Of a stretch of DNA of 64,000 bases, positions 14,045 through 22,636 are shown one piece after another. The notes under the pieces were generated by a model, which made no database searches, had not been told where the DNA came from, and saw nothing but the letters and a program-made list of their open reading frames with translations. Origin of the DNA: Spirochaetia bacterium (GTDB taxonomy: Bacteria > Spirochaetota > Spirochaetia > SZUA-6 > Bin103); the NCBI GenBank assembly GCA_965203515.1, contig OZ241907.1:3136001-3200000 (forward strand), in the 5' to 3' direction. Numbering within the stretch: position 1 is the first letter of the stretch; each line of letters begins with the position of its first letter. Made by a program: the position numbers and the translations under genes.

Positions 14045-14335
14045 CTACGTGCGGTCGGCGTCCGGCAGCCGGATCACCTCGGCCTCGGACGGTGGCTCGC
14101 CGGTGCTCAAGCCCTCGATCCACACCGGCCGATCCATGTCCGGCTGGCCGTCGTCCCTGATGTGGTAGAACCGGGAGATGCCGACGCCGACGTCGGCGAC
14201 CCGTCGGCCGTTCGGCAGGATGACCTGCAGGTCGTACTGGGCAGGCGGCAGGTGCTCCAGGATCTCTGCGACGGAGCGGCGCCGATAGGGCCGCCCCGAG
14301 TAGTCGGTGTCTACAGCCTGTTCCTGGTCAGCCAT
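14045..14335 (-). CDS. Hypothetical protein, 96 aa
   Basis: GAGG SD, GC3-rich codons, plausible composition; no family recognised. Confidence 0.5.
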   Translation of the reverse strand: MADQEQAVDTDYSGRPYRRRSVAEILEHLPPAQYDLQVILPNGRRVADVGVGISRFYHIRDDGQPDMDRPVWIEGLSTGEPPSEAEVIRLPDADRT

Positions 14336-14469
14336 CCTCGTTGCTCGAACAGGTTATCGAACTTGTGTATCAGCGGCAAGAAGTCGGCGTACGGCCACTG
14401 CTGCTCGCTGTCGGCCGAGGCGAGCATCCGGTCGATGCCGTCGATCAGATCGTCCCGCCGCCGCCCGGT
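14311..14469 (-). pseudogene. C-terminal fragment of an unknown gene
   Basis: Reads TGRRRDDLIDGIDRMLASADSEQQWPYADFLPLIHKFDNLFEQRGWLTRNRL* with coding-like codons; no convincing start before the IS. Confidence 0.3.
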
Positions 14470-14479
14470 GCTGAAAGAT

Positions 14480-15811
14480 GGGGCTTCCGGGTTTCGTGTG
14501 GGTAGGGCGCCCTGACGGTGGCGGTGGCACCGCCAGCAAGGCTACGCTGGCGCCATGCGTGACAAGGAACTGTACGGCAGGATTCTGGGCGTCGAGGCAC
14601 CGTGGCGAGTGGCCGACGTCGAACTGAACCTTCAGCAGGGCGAGATCGTGGTCCACGTCGAGCACGGCGGACCGCTCACCTGCCCGCACTGCGGCCAAGC
14701 CGCGCGCCGCTACGACAGCCGTCAACGGCGGTGGCGCCATCTGGACACCTGCCAGTACCGCACCGTTCTGGCTGCCGACGTACCGCGGTCTCAGTGCCGG
14801 CAGCACGGCGTCAAGCAGATCGAGGTGCCGTGGAGCGAAGGCCGCTCGCGGCTGACCGCGCTGTGCGAGGCGGTCGTGATCGACTGGCTGCAGCACGCCA
14901 CGATCGCGGCGGTGGCGCAGCAGATGCGGCTCAGCTGGGACGAGGTCGACGGAGTGATGCAGCGCGCGGTGCACCGCGGCTTACAACGGCGTGCGGCGCA
15001 GCTGCCGCCGCGGATCGGCGTGGACGAGACGTCGTTTCAGAAGCGCCATGAGTACGTGACGGTGATCAACGATCTGGACGGGCACGTCGTGCACGTGGCC
15101 GATGGCCGCCGCAAGGAGGTGTTGGAGGAGTTCTACCAGCAGTTTGATCCTGAGCAGTTGGCTGGCGTCGAGACGGTCGCCATGGACATGTGGGAGCCGT
15201 ACATCATCGCGACCGCCGCCTACGTGCCGGACGCGGAGCTCAAGATCGCGTTCGACAAGTTCCACGTCGCCCGGCACCTCGGCAACGCCGTTGACCAGGT
15301 ACGGCGAGCCGAGAGCCGCCGGCTGGCCGGCAGCGGTGATGATCGGCTGAAGGGCAGCCGCTATGCGTGGCTGACCAACCCCGAGCACATGGATGCCGAG
15401 CGTTGGCGGCAGTTCGCTGACTTGCGGGACAGCGCGCTGCAGACCGCGCGCGCCTGGGGCTACAAGGAACATGCGATGACGCTGTGGAAGTACCGCTCTC
15501 GCGGGTGGGCGCGCAAGGCGTGGCAGGCGTGGTACCGGTCGGCGATCCGGTGTCGTCTGGAGCCGGTCAAGCGGGTAGCGCGGATGGTCAAGCGTCATCT
15601 GGAAGGGATCGTGACGGCGGTGGTGCAGGGGGTGAGCAACGCGCGGGCGGAGTCGATCAACGCGGGGGTGCAGAGGTTGAAGTACGCAGCGCGCGGCTTT
15701 CGCAACCGGCAGAGGTTCCGCAACGCCATCTACTTTCACCTCGGCGGTCTTGACCTCTACCCCGCCAGTGTCGGCCGTGACCACCTCGTCCACACGAAAG
15801 CCTGAAGACCC
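14480..15811 (+). mobile_element. ISL3-family insertion sequence, 1332 bp
   Basis: Terminal IRs GGGGCTTCCGGGTTTCGTGTGG / GGGTCTTCAGGCTTTCGTGTGG (19/22) and an 8-bp target duplication TGAAAGAT at 14472-14479 and 15812-15819. Confidence 0.93.
14555..15805 (+). CDS. ISL3-family DDE transposase
   Basis: CPHCG zinc finger, WRHLD, IGVDETSF, MDMW.PY, FDKFHV, SNARAESIN, ARGFRN; ORF intact. Confidence 0.95.
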   Translation: MRDKELYGRILGVEAPWRVADVELNLQQGEIVVHVEHGGPLTCPHCGQAARRYDSRQRRWRHLDTCQYRTVLAADVPRSQCRQHGVKQIEVPWSEGRSRLTALCEAVVIDWLQHATIAAVAQQMRLSWDEVDGVMQRAVHRGLQRRAAQLPPRIGVDETSFQKRHEYVTVINDLDGHVVHVADGRRKEVLEEFYQQFDPEQLAGVETVAMDMWEPYIIATAAYVPDAELKIAFDKFHVARHLGNAVDQVRRAESRRLAGSGDDRLKGSRYAWLTNPEHMDAERWRQFADLRDSALQTARAWGYKEHAMTLWKYRSRGWARKAWQAWYRSAIRCRLEPVKRVARMVKRHLEGIVTAVVQGVSNARAESINAGVQRLKYAARGFRNRQRFRNAIYFHLGGLDLYPASVGRDHLVHTKA

Positions 15812-15925
15812 TGAAAGATAACGGTCGGGGCCGAGGTGTAGCCGCGGCCCGGGTTGGTGAGCACTACCGAGTCGACGTGGTCGCGCATGACGGCGGTGCC
15901 GGTCGCGGTGGTGCCGCCATGGAGC
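15812..15925 (-). pseudogene. Fragment of a GxGYTSAPTV-repeat (tail/adhesin-like) protein cut by the IS
   Basis: GGTTATGTAVMRDHVDSVVLTNPGRGYTSAPTVIF ends exactly at the target duplication. Confidence 0.4.
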
Positions 15926-16259
15926 GTTTCCGCCTGCAGCAGCCGATCTGACGACAAGGTGTTGGGGGTCGATCTCGATTCCCGACATTCGGGAGCAGTT
16001 TCGACGTGCATAGGAACCGCTAGCGATCCCGACGAACCGATAGCGGGCACGGCGCGAGCCCGGTGACCAGGTGTTGTGGTGGGTGGCCGGCGCGCTGGCC
16101 GATTCCGGCGCAGGCGAGCGCGTCGAATCGACGCGCCGTCCGCCCTTCCGAACGGGCACGCCCGTTGGCGACAGCCGCTGCTCCGATTCCCCGCCGGTTC
16201 CTACCACGACCCGAAGGGCCGATCGCACGACCGGCGAGCCGAACCGGCAGCCGGCCATC

Positions 16260-16275
16260 TGTTTCACGTGAAACA
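16260..16275. promoter_or_regulatory. parS: parS centromere site 2
   Basis: Perfect palindrome TGTTTCACGTGAAACA, 83 nt upstream of parA. Confidence 0.95.
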
Positions 16276-16358
16276 TCCGGCCCGGGGCGCACGCCGCCGG
16301 CTGCGTCGGGCGGCGGGTTGCCCGGGAGGCCGCGCACCGGTTATGCTGTCCGCGCCGT

Positions 16359-17111
16359 ATGGGTCGTCGTTTCGCCTTTGCCAACCAGAAGGGCGGAGTC
16401 GGCAAGACCACTACGGCGGTCAACCTGGGCGCCTATCTGGCGCTTGCCGGCCGCCGGGTGCTGGTGGTCGACTTCGATCCGCAGGCAAACGCCACCAGCA
16501 GCGTCGGCTTGGCCGGCGCTCCGTCGATCTATCAGGCCGTGATCGGCGCGGCCGACCTGTCGGACGTGATCCTGCCGACCTGCATCCCCGGACTGTCGAT
16601 CGCCCCCGGCGGCATCGAGCTGAGCGGCGCGTCGGTCGAGCTGGCCAACGTGCGCGGCCGCGAGGCGTTCCTGAAACGGGTGCTGAAGGGCGCCACCGCG
16701 CCGTTCGACGACGTTCTGATCGACTGCCCGCCGTCGCTGGGACTGCTGACGATCAACGCCCTGGTAGCCGCCACTCACGTCGTCATCCCCTTGCAGTGCG
16801 AGTATCTCGCCCTGGAAGGTCTGGCCATGCTGCTTCACACGATCGAGCGCGTCCAGCGCCGCCACAACCGCAAGCTCAGCGTCGGCGGCATCGTCTTCAC
16901 CATGTACGACGGCCGCACCCGCTTGACCCATGAAGTGGTTCGGGAGGTGACCGGCTACTTCCAGGACCGGGTGTTCCGCACCGTGATCCCGCGCAACGTC
17001 CGCCTGGCAGAGGCGCCGTCCCATGCGTTGCCGATCTGCCAGTACGATCCGTCGAGCATCGGCGCCCGGAGCTATCGACAGCTCGCCGAGGAGTTCGTCG
17101 ACCGTGTCTAA
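16359..17111 (+). CDS. parA: Chromosome partitioning ATPase ParA/Soj
   Basis: NQKGGVGKTTT, D.DPQANAT, IDCPPSLGLLT, QCEYLALEG, IPRNVRLAEAPSH. Confidence 0.96.
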   Translation: MGRRFAFANQKGGVGKTTTAVNLGAYLALAGRRVLVVDFDPQANATSSVGLAGAPSIYQAVIGAADLSDVILPTCIPGLSIAPGGIELSGASVELANVRGREAFLKRVLKGATAPFDDVLIDCPPSLGLLTINALVAATHVVIPLQCEYLALEGLAMLLHTIERVQRRHNRKLSVGGIVFTMYDGRTRLTHEVVREVTGYFQDRVFRTVIPRNVRLAEAPSHALPICQYDPSSIGARSYRQLAEEFVDRV

Positions 17112-18033
17112 ACGATCGCGCACGCAACGCCGCGCCCTCGGCCGCGGCATGGACGCCGTGCTCGGCCGCGGCGTGGACGCCGTGCTCGGCGACGACACCG
17201 CGTCTGACCAGCCGCACGAACTGCCGATCGAAGCGCTCTCCCCGAACCCCGATCAACCGCGCCGCCGGTTCAGCGACGAGCAACTCAAGGAGCTTGCGGA
17301 TTCCATCGCCACGCACGGCGTGCTGCTGCCGGTAGTGGTGCAACCCGCCGGCGACCGCTATCGCATCATCGCCGGCGAGCGGCGCTTCCGGGCGGCCCGT
17401 CTTGCCGGCCTGTCGACCATCCCGGCCGTCGTACGACCGACCACGGGACCCGAACACCTGGAATTGGCGCTTGTCGAAAATCTGCAGCGTTCCGATCTCA
17501 ATCCGGTCGAGGAGGCCCGCGGCTACCGCCGACTCATGGAGCTCGGCGGTCACACCCAGGATCAGGTAGCGCAGCGCGTCGGCAAGAGCCGCGTCGCCGT
17601 GACCAATGCCCTGCGCCTCCTCAAACTGCCCGACGACATGGTAGCCGCCGTCGAGCACGGCGAGATCACCGCCGGACACGGCCGGGCGCTGCTGGCCGTC
17701 CCCGGCGATTCGGCCCGCAGGGCGCTGTTCGACCGTATCGCCGCCGAAGGGCTCTCCGTGCGCGCTACCGAGACCGCCGCTCACCGTCAGCCCCCCGCAC
17801 CCGCGACCGGTAAAGACGACATCCGCCCACCCGCTTCCGCCGCCATGGACCCGGAATTGGCCGCCCTCCAACAGCGGCTGATCGACGCGCTCGGCACCAA
17901 GGTCGACGTCCGCGGCTCGGCGCGCCGCGGGCGGATCGCGGTCAGCTACTATTCCACCGATGACCTGGAACGCATCTGCGAGCGCATCACCGGCGTCCCC
18001 ACCGCCGACGCGGATCCGTCTGCCCCGCTCTGA
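17104..18033 (+). CDS. parB: Chromosome partitioning CTPase ParB/Spo0J
   Basis: LGRG N-terminal motif, PNPDQPRRRF, IIAGERRFRAA, ENLQRSDLNPVEEA, HTH; GTG start overlaps the parA end. Confidence 0.95.
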   Translation: MSKRSRTQRRALGRGMDAVLGRGVDAVLGDDTASDQPHELPIEALSPNPDQPRRRFSDEQLKELADSIATHGVLLPVVVQPAGDRYRIIAGERRFRAARLAGLSTIPAVVRPTTGPEHLELALVENLQRSDLNPVEEARGYRRLMELGGHTQDQVAQRVGKSRVAVTNALRLLKLPDDMVAAVEHGEITAGHGRALLAVPGDSARRALFDRIAAEGLSVRATETAAHRQPPAPATGKDDIRPPASAAMDPELAALQQRLIDALGTKVDVRGSARRGRIAVSYYSTDDLERICERITGVPTADADPSAPL

Positions 18034-18115
18034 CGGTCTCCGCCGGCATCAGACCTCCACGCCGACGGCGGGGCAGATAGCCGGAGAGCCTCTGAAACGG
18101 TCTCCCGGGCGCCGC

Positions 18116-18403
18116 TTGCACCATCCTTGACGGTGCGCTACACTGAATTCGAACCGCCCGTTGATAACCTGTGTATAAATACTGAATAGAGAGTCGCAAA
18201 AGCATGACTCTCAACATGTATCGAAACCATCGTCTGAGCGTGATACGGGACCCGATCGAACGACGCGAACAGTTATCGATGTGATAATGATCTACAGATC
18301 AACACCCGTTCTGTTGCCCCGGCTCTCGTCGCCCTCGTGGCACCGCTCCCGCCCAAGCCGATCGCCGGCTTGTCCAACGCCGATGTTCATATCCTGTGGA
18401 TAA
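18116..18403 (+). promoter_or_regulatory. dnaA promoter and upstream half of oriC
   Basis: TTGCAC-N17-TACACT (18116-18144), AT-rich tract, consensus DnaA boxes TGTGTATAA (18170-18178) and TGTGGATAA (18395-18403). Confidence 0.8.
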
Positions 18404-18404
18404 C

Positions 18405-19784
18405 ATGAGAATCGACACCCCTTCAGGGGACTACGAACCGTTCTGGAGCGAAGCCGTAGCCCATCTTCGCTCGGAGATCACCGAGCAGGAGTACCACACG
18501 TGGTTCTCCCGCATGTCCTACGCCGGCGCCGACGACTCGCAGGTGCGCCTGCACGTCCCGTCCTCCTTCTACCGCGACCAGATCGCCCAGCGGTATCGCT
18601 CGAAACTCGAAGAATCGCTGTTCGAGCTGTCCGGCCAACCCCTGCGGCTGGCCTTCGAGATCAGACGGACCAACGGCGCGACCGTCCCCACCGCCGACCC
18701 GGAGAACCTCCCGCCCCCGACGGCAGCGACCACCGCGCCTCGTCCGCAACGACCGCGCCACGCGCAACTCAACGAGGAGTACCGTTTCTCACGATTCGTC
18801 GAAGGCGAAGGAAACTCGTTCGCCCTGGCCGCCGCGATCGCCATCGCCAAGAGCCCTGGCCGCGAATACAACCCCTGCATGATCTACGGCGGCGTCGGAC
18901 TCGGCAAGACCCACCTGCTGCAGGCGATCGGCAACGAAGTCTACCAGGAGTACCGGGACCTCCGGGTCGTATACGTCACCGTCGAGACCTTCACCACCGA
19001 GTTCATCCAATCGATACGGGACAAGACCGTCCACCGTTTCAAGAACCGCTACCGCTCGACCGACGTGCTGTTGATCGACGACGTACAGTTCCTGCAGGGC
19101 AAGACCGAAACCCAGCAGGAGCTGTTCCATACCTTCAACGCGCTCTATGACTCCGGCAAGCAGATGGTGTTCTCCAGCGATCGACCGGTGACCGAACTGA
19201 AGAGTCTCCCCGACCGCCTCATCAACCGGTTCGAGCGCGGCCTCAACATCGACCTGCAGCCGCCCGACTACGAGACCCGCATCGCCATCCTGACCCAGAA
19301 GGTCGACGAGAGCGGCGTCGCCGTACCGTCCGACGTGATCGAGATGATCTGCCGAAACATCGAGAGCAATGTTCGCGACCTGGAAAAGGCCCTCACCAAG
19401 CTCACCGCCTACTCGAACCTGGTCAACCGCACCATCACCCTCGACGTCGCCTCCCGAGAGCTCAGAGAGTTCTTCGTCACCCCGTTCAACATCGCCGTCG
19501 ACACCATCCAGCGCGTCACCGCCGAGCACTACGGGCTCAGCCTGAACGATCTGAAGGGCAAGAAGCGCACCAAGGCGATCGCGTTTCCCAGACAACTCGC
19601 CATGTACATCACCCGCGAAGTCACCGAGCTGTCCACTACCGAGATAGGACTGGAGTTCGGCGGCCGCGACCACACGACGGTCATGCACGCGTGTCAGCGC
19701 GTCGCCGAGCGCAAACGCACCGATTCCTCGCTCGATCCGCTCATCAAGCATCTCACCCACATGATCACGCAGCGGTCCCGATGA
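18405..19784 (+). CDS. dnaA: Chromosomal replication initiator DnaA (start 18405 ATG or 18396 GTG)
   Basis: YNP..IYGGVGLGKTHLL, LLIDDVQFL, ELFHTFNAL, SNVRDLE, PRQLAMY, FGGRDHTTVMHA. Confidence 0.98.
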   Translation: MRIDTPSGDYEPFWSEAVAHLRSEITEQEYHTWFSRMSYAGADDSQVRLHVPSSFYRDQIAQRYRSKLEESLFELSGQPLRLAFEIRRTNGATVPTADPENLPPPTAATTAPRPQRPRHAQLNEEYRFSRFVEGEGNSFALAAAIAIAKSPGREYNPCMIYGGVGLGKTHLLQAIGNEVYQEYRDLRVVYVTVETFTTEFIQSIRDKTVHRFKNRYRSTDVLLIDDVQFLQGKTETQQELFHTFNALYDSGKQMVFSSDRPVTELKSLPDRLINRFERGLNIDLQPPDYETRIAILTQKVDESGVAVPSDVIEMICRNIESNVRDLEKALTKLTAYSNLVNRTITLDVASRELREFFVTPFNIAVDTIQRVTAEHYGLSLNDLKGKKRTKAIAFPRQLAMYITREVTELSTTEIGLEFGGRDHTTVMHACQRVAERKRTDSSLDPLIKHLTHMITQRSR

Positions 19785-20068
19785 GCCTCTTGGCAACATG
19801 TGGACATCTACCGCAGACTCTGTGGACGGTATCCGCACAACCGGGCCGCCCCCGGCCCATCCGTGCACAACCGGGATATCGGCAGCCCGCCTGTCTGATG
19901 AGTAACTGAATATATGGTAATGTCTTACAGCCATATCCAGAGTATCCACAGCACTACTACTACCACCATCTATTCCCTCTTCTTCGTAGTCGCGGCCCGG
20001 CCGGCCCGGCGCGCGACCGGCAGCCGGGAAGCCAGCGGGAAGGCACTGACAAAGGAGCTACCGACACC
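19785..20068 (+). other. oriC: oriC unwinding region (dnaA-dnaN intergenic)
   Basis: Degenerate DnaA boxes (19799, 19821, 19829), AT-rich stretch, tandem boxes ATATCCAGA/GTATCCACA (19933-19950) followed by GCA and CTACTACTAC trio repeats (19954-19963). Confidence 0.85.
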
Positions 20069-21172
20069 ATGAAGTTCACCATCGACAAGGACGTGATCCT
20101 CAGGGAGACCGCGCACGCGCTGGAGATCGTCTCCACCAGAAACGCCATCACGGTCCTGGCCAACGTGTTTCTGTCCGTCGACCGCGGCGCGCTTACCCTG
20201 CGCGCATCCGACCTGAAGGTCCATTATCAGGCGAACGTGCCGGTCGATATGGAACGGGATGGAGTCACCACCGTCCCCTGCGACAAGCTCGCCGGCATCC
20301 TGCGATCCTCGCCGGCGGGCGAGATCGAGTTCGAGGTGGGGTCGGACGGCACGCTCGCCGTGCGTCCGCGCGGGAAGCGGATCGACTTTACCCTGAAGAC
20401 GCTGCCGCCGGACCGCTTTCCGGAGTTTCCGTCGACCTCCGACGGCGACTTCGTCGAGGTGCCGCAGACCGACTTCGTGGAGATGATCGCCCACACGGTC
20501 TTCGCGGTATCGGACGATGAGACCCGCTACTTCATGAACGGGACGTTTCTCGACCAGACCGACGGCGAGCTGATGATGGTCGCCACCGACTCGCATCGTC
20601 TGGCGTACTGCAAGAAAGCGATCGGGTCGGCGCTCGACGGCGCGGGCGTGATCATTCCGCCAAAGATACTCACGCTGATCCGCAAGTTCTGTACGGGAGA
20701 GGGGTCGCTGTCGGTGGCGATCGCCGAACGCAACCTGCACGTGCAGGTCGAGCACCGGCGGATCAACTCGGGGCTGATCGACGCGCAGTTTCCGAACGTG
20801 AAGAGCGTCATTCCCGAGAGCCAGGAACACCGGTTGACGGTCGATCGCGCCGGGTTGACGGAGGCGTTGAGAAGGGTGTCGGTGCTGGTCGAAGAGAAAT
20901 CGCGGCGGGTGCGGCTGGAGATCGAATCCGGGCAGCTGACCGTGCACTGCACGGAGGGAGAGATCGGCACGGCTCGGGAGGAGATTGCGTGCGAGTACGA
21001 CGGCCCGGCCGTGTCGCTGGCGCTCAACTATCAGTACCTGCTCGATCCGCTGCGCGAGATGGATACCGATCAGGTTTCGATCGGGTTCACCGCTTCCAAC
21101 AAGGCGATCACCCTGTCGGCCGAGCCGGAACGGCACTACTTCCACATCATCATGCCGATGCAGGTCGGATAG
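20069..21172 (+). CDS. dnaN: DNA polymerase III beta clamp
   Basis: FAVS.DETRY.MNG, VATDSHRLA, LNYQYLLD, IMPM; downstream of dnaA. Confidence 0.97.
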   Translation: MKFTIDKDVILRETAHALEIVSTRNAITVLANVFLSVDRGALTLRASDLKVHYQANVPVDMERDGVTTVPCDKLAGILRSSPAGEIEFEVGSDGTLAVRPRGKRIDFTLKTLPPDRFPEFPSTSDGDFVEVPQTDFVEMIAHTVFAVSDDETRYFMNGTFLDQTDGELMMVATDSHRLAYCKKAIGSALDGAGVIIPPKILTLIRKFCTGEGSLSVAIAERNLHVQVEHRRINSGLIDAQFPNVKSVIPESQEHRLTVDRAGLTEALRRVSVLVEEKSRRVRLEIESGQLTVHCTEGEIGTAREEIACEYDGPAVSLALNYQYLLDPLREMDTDQVSIGFTASNKAITLSAEPERHYFHIIMPMQVG

Positions 21173-21179
21173 CGGCGCC

Positions 21180-22304
21180 TTGGGGCTCGAGTCCCTGCGG
21201 TTGGACCGCTTCCGCAACCTGGAGCCGTTGCGTCTCGAATCGCTTTCCGAGCGATCGTGCGTGTTCCTGATCGGTGAGAATGGTCAGGGCAAGACCAACC
21301 TGCTGGAGGCGGTCTACTTGCTCTGCTTCGGCGGCTCGTTCCGCACTCGTCAGGACGCCGACCTGATCCACCGGGGAGCGGACGAGGCGGTTGTCGGCGG
21401 CTCGTTCACGCTCGACGGCGGAATCGGCGGTGCGGTGCACCGGGAGGTGACGTTGCGGCTGCGCGCCGACCGGGCCAGGGAGATACGCGTCGACGGCGCG
21501 CGCGTGGCCGACCGCGGCGAGCTGGTCGGCGCCGTGCCGTGTGTGTTGTTCTCGCACGGCGATCTGCGCGCCGTAGACGGTCCGCCGGCCGAGCTGCGGC
21601 GCTTCTTCGATCAGACGGCAGCGCTGACCGATCCGACCGCCCTGCCGGCGCTGCGCCGGTATCGCCGGGTGCTCATGGAACGCAACGCGCTGTTGCGCGC
21701 CGGACCGGCCGACGACCTGCTCGACGTCTACGATCGGCAGTTGATCGATGCCGGCCTGCCGATCCGCAGGCAGCGCACGGAGATCATCGCCGACTACGCC
21801 GAGCGGTTCGCGGAGATCTTCCATCAGGTGACCGAATCGGATGCCGCCGTCTCCATAGGCTACCGGCCGTCCTGGGCCGGCGCCTCGGTCGATGAGGTCG
21901 CCGCCCAGATGCGCTCCGCGCGGTCGCGCGATCACGCCTTCACGACCACCACGACCGGCCCGCACCGCGACCGGTTTCCGTTGCGGATCGACGGTCTGTC
22001 CTTTCGCCGCTACGCGTCGACCGGTCAGAAGCGGCTGGCGTCGCTGGCGCTGCGGGCGGCGCAGGCTGCGCGGGTGGCGGAGCGCTGCCGTCGGCAGCCG
22101 CTTCTGCTCCTCGATGACGTGCTGCTGGAGCTCGATGCCGGCAAGCGGGAGCGGTTCCTGGCGGTGCTGCCGGACGCCGAGCAGCGGTTCTTCACGTTCC
22201 TTCCCGATGAGCAGTTCGATCGCTATGACCTCGGTCCCACGTTGCGCATCACCGTGCGCGGCGGAGCTTTGACGCCCTGGACGGAACGGGAGGGCGGGAG
22301 GTAG
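21180..22304 (+). CDS. recF: DNA replication/repair protein RecF
   Basis: FRNL, GENGQGKTNLLEA, GPHRD, STGQKRL, LLLDDVLLELD; TTG start inferred. Confidence 0.94.
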   Translation: MGLESLRLDRFRNLEPLRLESLSERSCVFLIGENGQGKTNLLEAVYLLCFGGSFRTRQDADLIHRGADEAVVGGSFTLDGGIGGAVHREVTLRLRADRAREIRVDGARVADRGELVGAVPCVLFSHGDLRAVDGPPAELRRFFDQTAALTDPTALPALRRYRRVLMERNALLRAGPADDLLDVYDRQLIDAGLPIRRQRTEIIADYAERFAEIFHQVTESDAAVSIGYRPSWAGASVDEVAAQMRSARSRDHAFTTTTTGPHRDRFPLRIDGLSFRRYASTGQKRLASLALRAAQAARVAERCRRQPLLLLDDVLLELDAGKRERFLAVLPDAEQRFFTFLPDEQFDRYDLGPTLRITVRGGALTPWTEREGGR

Positions 22305-22308
22305 CCGC

Positions 22309-22596
22309 ATGAATCGACTGGGAGACGTGCTGCGGCGATGGATCGCCGAATCGGGCGACGCCGCCGAAGCGTCGGCGCTGTTCCAGGGCTGGAGCGACGT
22401 GGTCGGCGCCGAGCTCGCCGCCCACACGCGTCCGGTCGAGGTGGAGCGCGGACGGCTCATCGTCGCCGCCGACCATCCGGGTTGGATGCATCTGTTGCGG
22501 ACCAGCGAGCCGGCGATCCTCCGGCGGCTCGGACGCTCGCACGCCGCGTTGGGGATCGTCCGCATCGTGACCGTGCTTCGCCGCCCGTCCGGATGA
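22309..22596 (+). CDS. dciA: DUF721/DciA helicase-loading factor
   Basis: W.DVVG.ELA.HT.P.....G.L.V...HP.W pattern; canonical position after recF. Confidence 0.85.
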   Translation: MNRLGDVLRRWIAESGDAAEASALFQGWSDVVGAELAAHTRPVEVERGRLIVAADHPGWMHLLRTSEPAILRRLGRSHAALGIVRIVTVLRRPSG

Positions 22597-22636
22597 GCTT
22601 GACCAACGGTTCGGAGCGGGTGTCAATTCGCTCCAT

